Shown: positions 29,410 to 40,157 of the stretch, piece after piece
How the letters are laid out: every line of letters starts with the position of its first letter
Numbering within the stretch: the first letter of the stretch is position 1
Source: Candidatus Methanomethylophilaceae archaeon
GTDB lineage: Archaea; Thermoplasmatota; Thermoplasmata; Methanomassiliicoccales; Methanomethylophilaceae
NCBI GenBank assembly: GCA_944320495.1
Contig: CALUHR010000013.1
Span: forward strand, 1-64,000
Length of the DNA: 64,000 bases
Direction: 5' to 3'
Position numbers and translations under genes: made by a program
The notes under the pieces: generated by a model
Database searches by the model: none
Told to the model about the DNA's origin: nothing
Seen by the model: the letters and a program-made list of their open reading frames with translations, nothing else

Positions 29410-32400
29410 TCACTCTCCTCCACCGACGGGGAAGTCGAGGCAAGCGTCGATCTCAGCGATGATCTGCTTGCTCCTGAAGCCCCTCTGCTCCATGGCACCG
29501 GCCGGGCACGAGGCGACGCAGCATCCGCATCCCTTGCACAGTCCGGCGTTGACGTTGCTCTTGACGAGTCCGTTGGGCTGCTCCACCAGGGTGATGGCGT
29601 TGTAGTCGCAGCATCCGACGCAGACGCCGCATCCGTCGCACCTGTCGGGGTTGGAGACCGCGGTGATACCCTCGGAGATGAGCTTGTCCTTGGAGATGAC
29701 GGTCAGCATCCTGGAGGCGGCTCCGGAGGCCTGGGCGATGCACTCGTCCATGAACTTGGGCCAGTGGGCGGCACCGGCAACGTATACACCCTCGGTGGCG
29801 AAGTCGACCGGCCTCAGCTTCTGGTGGGCCTCGAAGTAGAATCCGTCCTTGGAGATGGGGACCTTGACCATCTTGGCGAGGTTCTCCTTGTTCTCTCTGT
29901 CGGGGGCGATACCGGCGGCGAGGATGACGGTGTCGACGGGGATCTCGACCTGCGCACCCAGGGTGGCGTCGTAGACCTTGACGCAGTTGCCGTCGTACTC
30001 GGGGAGCGGCTCGCTCTCGTTGTACCTCAGGAACTTGACGCCCATCTGGCAGGCCCTGTAGTAGAGCTCCTCGCGGAAGGCGTAGGTCCTGATGTCCTTG
30101 TGGATGATGGTGACGTTGGCGGTGGGGTCGGCCATCTTGATCTTGATGGCCTCACGGCAGGACGCGGCGCAGCAGACCCTGCTGCAGTAGGCGACCTTGT
30201 CGTTCCTGGAACCGACGCACTGGATGAACACGACGTCCTTGCCCTTGAAGGATCCGTCGTCCATGGCCTTCTCTGCCACGGTCTGGGTCATGACCTTCGG
30301 GTCGCTGCCGAAGTTGTACTCGGTAGGCTGGTAGGCGGCGGCTCCGACGGCGAACAGGACGGCACCGATGGGGTACTCCTCTCCACCCTCGAGCTGCAGC
30401 TTGAAGTTCCCAACGTATCCGGGGATGTCCTTCACGACCGCGTTCTTGTGGACGGTGATCAGGGGGTTGCTCTCGACCTTCTTGATGGTGTCGGCGAGGA
30501 ACTCCTGGACATCGACTCCGTCCTCCTTGAAGCGGAAGTTGCGGGCGTATCCACCGAGCTCGGCCTCCCTCTCGACGAGGTGCACGGGGTATCCCTGCGC
30601 GGCGATGTCGAGGGCGGCGGTCATACCGGTGATTCCTCCTCCGATGACGGCGGCGGCGTTGGTGACCGGGATCTCGGCTCCGACGAGGGGCTCGAGGAGA
30701 CGGGCCTTCGCGATGGCCATCCTCAGCAGGTCCTTGGCCTTGGCGGTGGCGGCCTCGTGCTCGTGCATGTGGATCCAGGAGCACTGGTCGCGGATGTTGG
30801 CCATGTTGTAGAGGTACTTGTTCAGACCACCGTTCCTGCAGGCCTCCCTGAAGAGAGGCTCGTGGGTCCTGGGGGTGCAGGACGCGACGACGACCCTGTT
30901 GAGGTCGTGCTCCTGGATGGCGGCGGAGATGCTCTCGAGGCAGTCCTGTGCGCAGGCGTACTGGGACTCCTCGGCCAGGACGACGTTGGGGAGCGTCTTG
31001 GCGTAGGCGGTGACGGCGGGGACGTCGACCACGGATCCGATGTTGATTCCGCAGTGGCAGACCCAGACTCCGATCCTGGGCTCCTTGCCCTCCACATCCT
31101 TCTCGGGCGGGTAGACCTTGGGGGCGCAGGGCTCGAAGTTCTCGTCGACGATGTAGGCTCCGGCCTTGGCGGAGGCACCGCATGCCTCGGCGACGGAGGT
31201 CGGGATGTCCTTGGGGGCCGCGAAGGCTCCGGTCACGAAGATACCGGGCTTGGTGGTCTCCAGGGGGTGGAAGACGGAGGTCTTGCAGAAGCCGTACTCG
31301 TTGAGCTCGATTCCCAGGGTCTGGGCGAACTCCTCGGCTCCCTCGGGGGGAACGAGTCCGACGGAGAGGACGACCATGTCGAAGACATCGGACACGGCGT
31401 CGCCGTTGGCGTCGGTGTAGTTGACGGTCAGCTGCTTGGTGACGGGGTCCTCCTCGATGTTGGAGACGCGGGCGGCCCTGTGCATGTTGATGCCGTACTC
31501 GCGCTCTCCCCTGTGGATGTAGGCCTCGAACTCCTTTCCATAGGACCTGATGTCCATGAAGAAGATGTCCTCCTGGAGGTCTCCGTGCTCCTTGGTGATC
31601 ATGGCCTGCTTCACCGCGTACATGCAGCACACGGAGGAGCAGTACTTCTTCCAGCCCTTCTTCTCGGACCTGGATCCGCAGCACTGGATGTACGCGATCT
31701 TCTTGGGGTCCTCTCCGCTGGAGGGGATGACGATGTGACCCCTGTGGGGTCCGGACGCGCACATGAGCCTCTCGTACTCGATGGCGGTGACGACGTTCTG
31801 GTACCTGCCGTAGCCGTACTCGGTGGCGGTCTCGGCGTTCCAGACCTTGAATCCGGGAGCGGCGATGATGGATCCGACCTCAAGGGTGATGACCTCGTCC
31901 TTGTCGTCGTAGTGGATGGCTCCCTTTCCGCAGTTCTTCGCGCAGAGCCCGCACTTGCCCTTCTGGATCATGTTGCAGCGCTCCCCGTCGATGATGGCGA
32001 CACGGGGGACGGCCTGCGCGTGGGGGATGTAGATGGCTTTCCTGTTGACAAGTCCGTACTCGTACTTGTCGGGGATGTTCTTCACAGGGCACTTGGCGAG
32101 ACAGTCGCCGCAGCCCGTACACTCCTTGGGGTTGACGTACCTGGCCTTCTTCAGTACGGTGACTTTGAAGTCGCCGGCCTGTCCCTCGACCTTCTGGACC
32201 TCGTGGTAGGTCAGGACGTCGATGTTCGGGTGTCCGGCGCAGTCCGCCATCTTAGGGGAGAGGATACACGCGGAGCAGTCGTTCGTAGGGAACGTCTTGT
32301 CCAGACGGCACATGACGCCTCCGATGGTGGGGTCCTTCTCCACCAGGAAGACGTGTATGCCGCGGTCTGCCAGATCCAGGGATGCCTGGATTCCCGCGAT

Positions 32401-32433
32401 TCCTCCACCGATAACCAATGCTGATTTGCTCAA
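29410..32433 (-). CDS. hdrA: Heterodisulfide reductase subunit A, long form with two FAD-binding modules
   Basis: ALVIGGGIAG, LDKTFPTNDCSACI, ferredoxin motifs, YCSSVCCMYA, second AVIGGGITG and YCSRVCC, C-terminal 2x[4Fe-4S]. TTG start at 32433 after GGAGG. Confidence 0.92.
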   Translation of the reverse strand: MSKSALVIGGGIAGIQASLDLADRGIHVFLVEKDPTIGGVMCRLDKTFPTNDCSACILSPKMADCAGHPNIDVLTYHEVQKVEGQAGDFKVTVLKKARYVNPKECTGCGDCLAKCPVKNIPDKYEYGLVNRKAIYIPHAQAVPRVAIIDGERCNMIQKGKCGLCAKNCGKGAIHYDDKDEVITLEVGSIIAAPGFKVWNAETATEYGYGRYQNVVTAIEYERLMCASGPHRGHIVIPSSGEDPKKIAYIQCCGSRSEKKGWKKYCSSVCCMYAVKQAMITKEHGDLQEDIFFMDIRSYGKEFEAYIHRGEREYGINMHRAARVSNIEEDPVTKQLTVNYTDANGDAVSDVFDMVVLSVGLVPPEGAEEFAQTLGIELNEYGFCKTSVFHPLETTKPGIFVTGAFAAPKDIPTSVAEACGASAKAGAYIVDENFEPCAPKVYPPEKDVEGKEPRIGVWVCHCGINIGSVVDVPAVTAYAKTLPNVVLAEESQYACAQDCLESISAAIQEHDLNRVVVASCTPRTHEPLFREACRNGGLNKYLYNMANIRDQCSWIHMHEHEAATAKAKDLLRMAIAKARLLEPLVGAEIPVTNAAAVIGGGITGMTAALDIAAQGYPVHLVEREAELGGYARNFRFKEDGVDVQEFLADTIKKVESNPLITVHKNAVVKDIPGYVGNFKLQLEGGEEYPIGAVLFAVGAAAYQPTEYNFGSDPKVMTQTVAEKAMDDGSFKGKDVVFIQCVGSRNDKVAYCSRVCCAASCREAIKIKMADPTANVTIIHKDIRTYAFREELYYRACQMGVKFLRYNESEPLPEYDGNCVKVYDATLGAQVEIPVDTVILAAGIAPDRENKENLAKMVKVPISKDGFYFEAHQKLRPVDFATEGVYVAGAAHWPKFMDECIAQASGAASRMLTVISKDKLISEGITAVSNPDRCDGCGVCVGCCDYNAITLVEQPNGLVKSNVNAGLCKGCGCCVASCPAGAMEQRGFRSKQIIAEIDACLDFPVGGGE

Positions 32434-32967
32434 GTCATTGCCTCCGTTACCAACATGGTGTTTGGAACGTGGCTTTGAACAGGATATCACTATATTAATG
32501 GCTACTACAAAATGAATATATATTGAATAAAGCATTTTGTTTAGAGTTTTCAGTTTTGGATTTTTTAAGGCTCCTAAAATATTTAGGGTAGGCTAAATTG
32601 ATATTAGCCAGCAATCCTAAAACTGACAAAAATGTGTATTAGTATTGTTGATAATACAACTGAAAAATTTGTAGATGAAAAACGTTTTGGATGATTATTT
32701 AACAATATAAACTTCGGAATGCCTTGTTTTCCTTTGCTTATCAAATCTTTGGCACTATGGATGCACTCCGCGAAGATGCTGGCACATGTATGATGGATGT
32801 AACTCATGCATCCATCGTCATGGTAACACCAATTTTGAATTCGTAATACCTGGGCCCTTGGAACGCCTTCGGCCGAAACGCTCCGGCCGATGACTGTACT
32901 GACCAGAAGTTCGACTTCCCTAAACCCTCTCGGAAACTCTATATCCGTCTGGCCGGTCGCCGTGCGC

Positions 32968-33258
32968 ATGGTGGTCAAATCGGTGCGCGGCAGACGCCGC
33001 TACACGGCGTTCGAGGTACCCTCCAACGCGGACAGGCACAGAGCGGAGACGGCCGTCTCCTCGGTGCGTTCGGCGAAGGTCGTCACCTGCGGCCACGGGT
33101 ACGCCGTGATCCGCTCGCTGCCGTCCGAGCGTGCTACCCTGGAGGACGCGATGTGTTCCGCGATACCCGGGAGCCGCCCGTTCGACTGCTCCGGGACCCT
33201 GAGGGCGCTGAGGACCAGGCACCCCCAGCTCGCCGCCCCGAGACGCAGAAGGAAGCGA
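32968..33258 (+). CDS. Rpp14/Pop5-family RNase P protein component
   Basis: MVVKSVRGRRRYTAF and SGTLRAL, in the conserved position upstream of psmA. Ends APRRRRK then CGA at 33256-33258; the standard code runs to 33306 across the psmA TATA box. Confidence 0.75.
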
Positions 33259-33280
33259 CGCGCACCCTGTGATGCACTGC

Positions 33281-33294
33281 CCAAACGCTTTATA
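33281..33294 (+). promoter_or_regulatory. Putative BRE/TATA promoter of the psmA-exosome operon
   Basis: CCAAACGC-TTTATA about 47 nt upstream of the psmA ATG. Confidence 0.45.
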
Positions 33295-33340
33295 CGGCCC
33301 CTTTAATCAGGTCGCGTAAAGTAAAGGAGCAGGTCTTTTC

Positions 33341-34051
33341 ATGCAACCCGGACAGATGGCTTATGACAGGGGGAGCACGGTGTTCTCCCCCGACGGAAGA
33401 CTTTTCCAGGTGGAGTATGCCCGTGAGGCCGTGAAGAAGGGTTCCACGACCATCGGGATCAAGTACGACGATGGGGTGATGCTCATCGTCGACAGGAGGG
33501 TCTCGAGCAAGCTCCTGGAACCCAAATCCACGGAGAAGATCCACGAGATCGACGACTACATCGGATGCGCGACCTCCGGGCTCGTTGCGGACGCGAGGAT
33601 CCTCGTGGACGAGGCCAGGAAGCAGGCCCAGATCCACAGGGTCAACTACGGCGAGAACATCGGGGTCGAGATGCTCGTCAAGAAGATCTGCGACTACGAG
33701 CAGAACTTCACCCAGTACGGCGGGGTCCGCCCCTTCGGAACGGCCCTGCTCGTCGCCGGCACCGACGACCTCGGCGCCCACCTCTTCGAGACCGACCCGT
33801 CCGGAGCCCTCGTCGCGTACAAGGCGACGGGCATCGGCAACGGACGCCCGGCGGTCATGGACCTGTTCGAGAAGGAATTCGAGGACGGCATGACCTTCGA
33901 GAAGGCCGCACTGCTCGGCCTCAAGGCCCTCGCGACCGCCGTGGAGGACAAGCCCAAGGCGGACTCCGTCGAGATCGGCGTCGCCGCGAACGGCCAGAAG
34001 TTCAGGAGGCTCTCCGAGGAGGAGGTCTCCGAGCTCATCGGCAAGATGTGA
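33341..34051 (+). CDS. psmA: Proteasome subunit alpha
   Basis: YDRGSTVFSPDGRLFQVEYAREAV, SGLVADAR and TDPSG. Confidence 0.97.
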   Translation: MQPGQMAYDRGSTVFSPDGRLFQVEYAREAVKKGSTTIGIKYDDGVMLIVDRRVSSKLLEPKSTEKIHEIDDYIGCATSGLVADARILVDEARKQAQIHRVNYGENIGVEMLVKKICDYEQNFTQYGGVRPFGTALLVAGTDDLGAHLFETDPSGALVAYKATGIGNGRPAVMDLFEKEFEDGMTFEKAALLGLKALATAVEDKPKADSVEIGVAANGQKFRRLSEEEVSELIGKM

Positions 34052-34064
34052 GAAGGCCGGTAGG

Positions 34065-34763
34065 ATGGTTAACCTAGACGACGCCATAACCGCCCGCCTC
34101 GAGAGCCACGGGGAGACCTTCGAGATCCTGCTGGACCCGAAGGTGGTCGACCTCATCAAGGCCGGCAAGCAGTTCGACATAGTCGAGTACATGGCTGTCG
34201 AGGACGTCTTCAAGAACGCCTCCAAGGGCACCAGGCCCCCGGAGGACAAGGTGAAGGAGGCCTTCGGGACCACCGAGATCGCCGACATCGCGAGGAGGAT
34301 CCTGGAGAAGGGCGAGGTGCAGATGACCGCCGAGCAGCGCAAGGAGATGCTCGAGGCCAAGAGGCACCAGGTCGTGGCGTACATCGCCGCGAACGCCATC
34401 AACCCCCAGACCCACACCCCCCATCCCCCGTCCAGGATCGAGATGGCGCTGGAGGAGGCCAAGTTCCACGTGGACCTCTTCAAGCCCCTGGACAAGGAGA
34501 TCGAGGAGGCCATGAAGCTCCTGCGCCCCCTCATCCCGATCAGGTTCGAGAGGAGCAGGATCGCCATCAAGCTCAAGGGCACGGACTACGGACGCTGCTA
34601 CGACGACCTGATATCGTACGGCATCGTCGACAGGGAGGTCTGGACGCCCGAGGGGGACTGGATCGGCAGCATGGAGATCCCCGCGGGGGTCATCACCGAG
34701 CTCACGGAGAAGCTGAAGCACAAGACCCGCGGAAGCGCCTCGGTGAAGCTCGTCAACGAATGA
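34065..34763 (+). CDS. sdo1: Ribosome maturation factor SBDS/Sdo1
   Basis: GETFEIL, QMTAEQRKEM, INPQTHTPHPPSRIE and LRPLIPIRFE. Confidence 0.95.
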   Translation: MVNLDDAITARLESHGETFEILLDPKVVDLIKAGKQFDIVEYMAVEDVFKNASKGTRPPEDKVKEAFGTTEIADIARRILEKGEVQMTAEQRKEMLEAKRHQVVAYIAANAINPQTHTPHPPSRIEMALEEAKFHVDLFKPLDKEIEEAMKLLRPLIPIRFERSRIAIKLKGTDYGRCYDDLISYGIVDREVWTPEGDWIGSMEIPAGVITELTEKLKHKTRGSASVKLVNE

Positions 34764-34782
34764 TATTCAAAGAGTGATACGA

Positions 34783-35490
34783 ATGGAGAGAAGAAACGCC
34801 AGACAGACGCGCGAGATCGTCGTGCCAGGCGACGTCCTCGACGGGACCGGGATGAAACCCGGCGACTACGCATACGTCCAGGGCGGCAAGGTGCGCGCCA
34901 GCGTCATGGGCGTCCGCAACGTGTTCCAGAACACAGTGGGCGTCATACCCCTGAGGGGCTGCTACATGCCCACCTCCGGGGACACGGTCATCGGAGTCAT
35001 CGTGGACATAGGACCCTCGAACTGGCTCGTCGACATCGGAGCGCCCTACCCCGCGCCCCTCCACGTCAACGAGGTCCCCTGGAAGGTGGAGTTCGGGGAC
35101 ACGTCCCGCTACCTCGGCATGGGCAACGTCGTCCTGCTGAAGGTGCTGTCGGTCGACGAGAGCAAGAAGATTCAGGTCACGATGAAGGACTCCGGCCTCA
35201 GGAGGCTGGAGGGAGGGAGGCTCGTCAAGGTCTCCCATTCCAAGGTCTCTAGGATCATCGGCAAGAGCGGATCGATGATCTCGATGCTGAAGAACATGAC
35301 CGACTGCAGGATCACCGTCGGACAGAACGGAATGGTCTGGGTCGACGGAGACGAGGAGAACGCCGATGTCGCGGTGAGGGCCATCCGCATGATCGAGGAG
35401 AAGGCGCAGTGCGGCAACCTGACCGACCTGGTCAGGGAATTTATCGAGAGCAAGCTCCCCCAGAGCGAGATTGATGAGGGGGACGAGTGA
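34783..35490 (+). CDS. rrp4: Exosome RNA-binding subunit Rrp4
   Basis: IVVPGD, S1 domain ([13 protein letters not shown]) and KH domain ([16 protein letters not shown]). ATG at 34783 after a GTGAT SD-like site. Confidence 0.95.
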   Translation: MERRNARQTREIVVPGDVLDGTGMKPGDYAYVQGGKVRASVMGVRNVFQNTVGVIPLRGCYMPTSGDTVIGVIVDIGPSNWLVDIGAPYPAPLHVNEVPWKVEFGDTSRYLGMGNVVLLKVLSVDESKKIQVTMKDSGLRRLEGGRLVKVSHSKVSRIIGKSGSMISMLKNMTDCRITVGQNGMVWVDGDEENADVAVRAIRMIEEKAQCGNLTDLVREFIESKLPQSEIDEGDE

Positions 35491-35492
35491 CA

Positions 35493-36230
35493 ATGAGCGG
35501 ACACACTGATATGGTATTGGTCGACGAGAACGGCATGCGCATCGACGGAAGGACTGCCGAGCAGCACAGGCCAATCAAAATCGAGGCCGGCGTCCTGCAC
35601 AACGCGGACGGATCGGCATATGTCGAGATCGGGAAGAACAAGGTCCTGGCGGCCGTATACGGTCCCAGGGAGTGCCACCCCAGGCACCTCCAGAACCCCG
35701 AGAAGGCCATCGTCCAGGTGAAGTACAACATGGAGGCCTACTCGGTCTCCGACAGGAAGAGGCCCGGGACCGACAGGAGGAGCATCGAGATCTCCAAGAT
35801 CACCGCGGAGGCGCTGGAGAAGGTCGTCCTGACCGAGCTCTACCCCCGCGCGTCCATCGACGTCTACATCGAGATCCTCCAGGCCAACGCCGGGACCAGG
35901 TGCGCCGGTCTGACCGCCGCATCCGTGGCCCTCGCCGACGCCGGCATACCCATGAGGGACATCGTCCCCGCCATCGCCGCCGGCAAAGCGGACGGCAAGG
36001 TCCTCCTGGACCTGAACAAGGAGGAGGACAACTACGGGCAGGCGGACGTCCCCATAGCCATCGTCCCCAGCACCGACGAGATCGTCCTGCTCCAGATGGA
36101 CGGCAACATGACCCGCGCCGAGCTGGACCACGCGATCGAGCTCGCGGTCAACGCCTGCCACGAGGTCCACGACCTGCAGGTCGACGCCCTCAAGAGGCGC
36201 TACTCCAAAGACAGGGAGGCATCCGAATGA
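35493..36230 (+). CDS. rrp41: Exosome core subunit Rrp41
   Basis: [29 protein letters not shown] and QANAGTR. Confidence 0.96.
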   Translation: MSGHTDMVLVDENGMRIDGRTAEQHRPIKIEAGVLHNADGSAYVEIGKNKVLAAVYGPRECHPRHLQNPEKAIVQVKYNMEAYSVSDRKRPGTDRRSIEISKITAEALEKVVLTELYPRASIDVYIEILQANAGTRCAGLTAASVALADAGIPMRDIVPAIAAGKADGKVLLDLNKEEDNYGQADVPIAIVPSTDEIVLLQMDGNMTRAELDHAIELAVNACHEVHDLQVDALKRRYSKDREASE

Positions 36231-37000
36231 GCAACGAGATGATGTCCGAGATCAAGCGCGACCACATCCTCCGCCTCCTCGAGAAGGGGACCAGGCAGGA
36301 CGGCCGCGGCGTGAAGGACTTCAGGAACATCGAGGTCGAGACCGGCCTCATCGAGTCCGCCGACGGGTCCGCCCGCGTCAGGCTCGGCAACACCACCGTC
36401 ATCGCCGGCATCAAGATCATCCCCGGCACCCCCTTCGGCGACACCCCGAACCTCGGTGTGCTCACCACCGGGATGGAGCTCATCCCCATGGCCCACCCCA
36501 CCTTCGAGTCCGGACCGCCGGGAGAGGACGCCATCGAGCTGGCGCGTGTCGTCGACCGCGGCATCCGCGAGTCCGGCATGGTCGACGTCGAGGCCCTGTG
36601 CATCACCCCCGGAGAGGAGGTATGGATGTGCTACATCGACATCTACGCCATCGACCACGACGGCAACCTGTTCGACGCCGCCAACCTGGCCGCCGTGTGC
36701 GCCCTGAAGAGCGCCATCATCCCGTGCGAGCAGTACGGCAAGGGCGAGAACAAGCACCTCCCGGTCACCTGCACGCCGATATCGGTGACGGAGGCCAAAG
36801 TCGGAAACACTTTAATAGTGGACCCCGACTACGACGAAGAGCAGATTTCAACCGCACGTCTCACAGTGACAACGGACGACGACGGCAACTTCAGGGCGAT
36901 GCAGAAGGGCGGATGCGGATCCATCACGCTCGACGAGCTGAGCCAGTGCCTCGACAGGGCCGTGGAGATCGGCGCGGAGATAAGAAAGATAATTGGGTGA
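36227..37000 (+). CDS. rrp42: Exosome core subunit Rrp42
   Basis: [34 protein letters not shown] and DHDGNLFDA. Confidence 0.96.
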   Translation: MSNEMMSEIKRDHILRLLEKGTRQDGRGVKDFRNIEVETGLIESADGSARVRLGNTTVIAGIKIIPGTPFGDTPNLGVLTTGMELIPMAHPTFESGPPGEDAIELARVVDRGIRESGMVDVEALCITPGEEVWMCYIDIYAIDHDGNLFDAANLAAVCALKSAIIPCEQYGKGENKHLPVTCTPISVTEAKVGNTLIVDPDYDEEQISTARLTVTTDDDGNFRAMQKGGCGSITLDELSQCLDRAVEIGAEIRKIIG

Positions 37001-37006
37001 TCCCAC

Positions 37007-37258
37007 ATGGCAAAGAGGACAGTCAAAGCGGGCAGCTCCGGAAGGTTCGGAGCCAGGTACGGAGTCATCGTCCGCAACAGGATCAAGAACATCGAGGCGC
37101 AGCAGAAGAAGAAGCACGAGTGCCCGGTATGCCACCACGCTTCCGTCAAGAGGGAGAGCTCCGGCATCTGGTACTGCTCCCACTGCGGCACCAAGTTCGC
37201 GGCCGGCGCCTACAACCCGAAGACCAAGAGGGAGATCTCCCAGGTCAGCGAGCAGTGA
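37007..37258 (+). CDS. rpl37ae: 50S ribosomal protein L37Ae
   Basis: GRFGARYG, CPVC, GIWYCSHC and AAGAY. Confidence 0.96.
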   Translation: MAKRTVKAGSSGRFGARYGVIVRNRIKNIEAQQKKKHECPVCHHASVKRESSGIWYCSHCGTKFAAGAYNPKTKREISQVSEQ

Positions 37259-37265
37259 GGCCACG

Positions 37266-37397
37266 ATGTACAGATGCGCCAAGTGCAACGAGCCCGTCAG
37301 GAACGTCAACGCCCTGGGGCTCCAGTGCGAGAAGTGCGGATCCAAGATCTTCTTCAAGGAGAGACCCAACGTGAAGAAGGTCCTGAAGTCCAACTGA
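37266..37397 (+). CDS. rpoP: RNA polymerase subunit P (Rpo12)
   Basis: MYRCAKC...CEKCGSKIFFKERP. Confidence 0.92.
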   Translation: MYRCAKCNEPVRNVNALGLQCEKCGSKIFFKERPNVKKVLKSN

Positions 37398-37400
37398 GCG

Positions 37401-37634
37401 ATGCTCAGGGCCGTGCTGAGGGTGTCCGGGGCCGATACGGCCGCGGAGGCCCTGGGTCCGGAGTCCGGCAGGGAACTGCCGAGGACCCGCGCGTCCGTCT
37501 CCTCCGAAGGAGACGAGACGGTCGTCAGGATAGAGGCGGACGACACGTCCGCCATGAGGGCGGCCCTCAACTCGTATCTCGAGTGCGTCATCGTAGTGCA
37601 GTCAGTGGAACACATCGCCAAGGTGAGAAGATGA
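37401..37634 (+). CDS. pcc1: KEOPS complex subunit Pcc1
   Basis: ALGPE, IEADDTSAMRAALNSYL; conserved position between rpoP and pfdB. Confidence 0.85.
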   Translation: MLRAVLRVSGADTAAEALGPESGRELPRTRASVSSEGDETVVRIEADDTSAMRAALNSYLECVIVVQSVEHIAKVRR

Positions 37635-37999
37635 ACGGCATCAGCCCCCAGCTCCAGAACCAGATCGCCCAGTTCCAGCAGGTGCAGCAGCAGCTGCAGG
37701 CGGTCTCCACCCAGAAAGCGCAGTACGACGCCCAGAGGAGGGAGATGATGAGGACCCTGGAGGAGCTCAAGGCAGCCACCGGCGACGTCTACAAGTCCGC
37801 CGGTTCCCTGCTCGTGAAGGTCGAGGACAAGGCCGCCCTGGTGGCCGACCTCGAGGAGTCCGTCGAGACCATGGAGGTCAGGGTGAACAGCCTCGGCCGC
37901 CAGGAGACCTCGCTCCAGGAGAAGTACAAGACCCTCTCCGAGTCCATCAACGCCGCCATGGGCAACGCCCGTCCCGCGGCGCCCTCCGACGAGGAGTGA
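37631..37999 (+). CDS. pfdB: Prefoldin beta subunit
   Basis: QLQNQIAQFQQVQQQL, VYKSAGSLLV and coiled-coil pattern. Confidence 0.93.
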   Translation: MNGISPQLQNQIAQFQQVQQQLQAVSTQKAQYDAQRREMMRTLEELKAATGDVYKSAGSLLVKVEDKAALVADLEESVETMEVRVNSLGRQETSLQEKYKTLSESINAAMGNARPAAPSDEE

Positions 38000-38012
38000 A
38001 AAAACCTTTCAA

Positions 38013-38045
38013 GGGGGCTCAGGCCCCCGTTTCCCTTCTTTTTTC
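38013..38045 (+). terminator. Terminator after pfdB
   Basis: GGGGGC-TCAG-GCCCCC followed by a pyrimidine/T-rich tract. Confidence 0.6.
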
Positions 38046-38111
38046 ATCGCTTCGAACCCCGTTCCCCCCCCCCCCGAACCGGTAAAATAAGGGTTCCACA
38101 TAGTCCGGAGC

Positions 38112-38831
38112 ATGGAAGCTCTCGAACTGCAGGACGTCAGAAAGTCCTACGGCAACAGGGAGGCGGTCCACGGCATCTCGCTGACGGTCCATGAGGGGGA
38201 GATTTTCGGCCTCATCGGACACAACGGGGCCGGCAAGACCACCACGCTCCGCATGATATCGACGCTCCTCCGTATAACGTCCGGGAGCATCAGCGTCTTC
38301 GGCCACGACGTGGCCACCGAACCCGACGAGGTCAGGAGGATCATCAGCTACCTCCCCGAGGACGCCGGCGCCTACAAGGACCTCACCGGCAGACAGTACA
38401 TGGAGTTCATGGCCAGCTTCTTCGCGTCCGGCGAGGAGAAGGCCGAGATGGTCCGCAAGGGCATAGAACTGGCAGACCTGGGCGAGAGGATAGACTCCAA
38501 GGTCGACACGTACAGCAAGGGGATGATGAGGAGGCTCCTCATCGCGAGGGCCATCATGCCGTCCCCCAGGCTGGCGATCATGGACGAGGTCACCTCTGGA
38601 CTGGACGTCATCAACGCCTACGAGGTCAGGGAGGTCATCAGGTCCATCGCGAAGACCGGGGTCACCGTGATAATGTCGTCCCACAACATGTTCGAGGTCG
38701 ACATGCTCTGCGACCGCGTCGGGATGATCGACCAGGGGAACCTCATCCTCCTCGGGACCCCTGCGGAGCTCAAGGAGAGGTTCGGGGTGGAAACCCTCGA
38801 AGAGGTGTTCGTCAAGGCGGTGAAAGGATGA
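38112..38831 (+). CDS. ABC transporter ATP-binding protein (NatA/ABC-2 type)
   Basis: GHNGAGKTT, YSKGMMRR signature, IMDEVTSGLD and SSH. Confidence 0.92.
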   Translation: MEALELQDVRKSYGNREAVHGISLTVHEGEIFGLIGHNGAGKTTTLRMISTLLRITSGSISVFGHDVATEPDEVRRIISYLPEDAGAYKDLTGRQYMEFMASFFASGEEKAEMVRKGIELADLGERIDSKVDTYSKGMMRRLLIARAIMPSPRLAIMDEVTSGLDVINAYEVREVIRSIAKTGVTVIMSSHNMFEVDMLCDRVGMIDQGNLILLGTPAELKERFGVETLEEVFVKAVKG

Positions 38832-40156
38832 GCCACATGACATCCATCATCAGGAAGGAGGTCAGGGAGATGCTGACCCCGGGCTCCGTCATATCCGTGC
38901 TCGTGATGGTCATCATATTCGCGGGCATGGGAGGACTCATCGGCACGGAGGTCGACAAGGCGGCAGAGCTGCCGAGCTTCGGCCTCGTGGCCGAGGAAGG
39001 CGACTACCTGGAAGGCTGGGACCTCATCGGCACCCTCCAGGGATACTACGGCGACGAGTCCGACAAGATCGTCATCATGGACGCCGCCTACGGGGATGAC
39101 GAGGCGATCATGGCCGAGATGGAATCTCGCGGCATCGCCAACGTCCTCGCGTTCCCGGACAAATCGACCTTCGAGGCATGCATAGCCGGTTCGGAGCAGA
39201 TCACCGTAGAGCAGTACTACCTCTACGAGCCCACCGGCATGTTCGGCACCATATCGTCAACTGTCATGTCCTCGATCGTCTCACTCGTCGAGGGCAGCCT
39301 CACGCAGGAGCTCATATCCCTCTCCGGGGACGGCGGAGCGAACATCAACTACATCATGGACCCGATGTACACCGGCGGGGACTCGGTCAGCACCGTCATC
39401 GACGGAGTGGCCCACTCCGGGGTCACCCCCTCGGACATCGACACCGAGATCTCCAGCCAGACCATGATGATCCCGCTGGTCATCATGATCATCATCATGA
39501 TGGTCGGGAGCATCGTCATCAGCTCCATCGGTTCGGAGAAGGAGAACAAGACCCTGGAGACGCTCCTCACCATGCCGATCAAGAGGACGTCCATCGTCAG
39601 CGGGAAGATCGCCGCGGCAGCCATCGTGGGACTCGTCTACGGCCTCGCCTACATGGTCGGCATGAGCATCTACATGGGTGCGATGACGGGCGTCGTCGGC
39701 TCCGGCCAGGGAACCGACCTGGAGAGCCTCGGGCTGGCGCTCGACGTGGGAGACTGGGCCCTCGTGATGGTGTCCATGTTCCTGTCCATCGTCTGCGCCC
39801 TGGGCATCTGCATGATCCTGGGTGCCTTCGCCAAGAACTACAAGTCCGCCCAGACCATGACCCTGCCCATCAGTATCCTGGCCATGATCCCGATGTTCGT
39901 GATCATGTTCTCCGGATGGTACGGATGCGGAGGGTTCCTTCAGGCGATCCTGTTCGTCATCCCGTTCTCGCACCCGATGATGGCCATGCAGGCCCTCATG
40001 TACGGGGACATCACCCTGGTGCTCGGCGGGATCGGGTACATGGCCGTGTTCGCCATCGTGACCATACTGATCACGGTGAGGATGTACAACTCCGACATCC
40101 TCATCACCGGCCTGGGCCAGAACAAGTGGGTCCAGACCCTCACCGGGAGGAAGCGA
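38828..40156 (+). CDS. ABC-2 type permease (NatB-like)
   Basis: IIRKEVRE, EKENKTLETLLTMP, SGKI, multiple TMs and IPFSHP. Ends TLTGRK then CGA at 40154-40156, 1 nt before the next TTG; standard end is 40360. Confidence 0.88.
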
Positions 40157-40157
40157 G

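Noticed and set aside
28831-32424. 1197-aa + strand ORF, plus similar long ORFs (45660-48356, 3767-5002, 27405-29000, 48506-50011)
   Set aside because: Antisense shadows of strongly codon-biased, GC-rich genes (hdrA, helicase, lysA, mvhG, SpoIIE); no recognisable motifs.
32604-32978. 124-aa minus-strand ORF between hdrA and pop5
   Set aside because: Atypical composition, no motifs, overlaps the pop5 start and contains an internal CGA; better explained as regulatory DNA.
34774-34782. In-frame CGA at codon 3 of the ORF-track rrp4 (GTG ATA CGA ATG), a possible counter-example
   Set aside because: GTGAT is the Shine-Dalgarno-like site and the ATG at 34783 is the better start, so this CGA lies outside the CDS.
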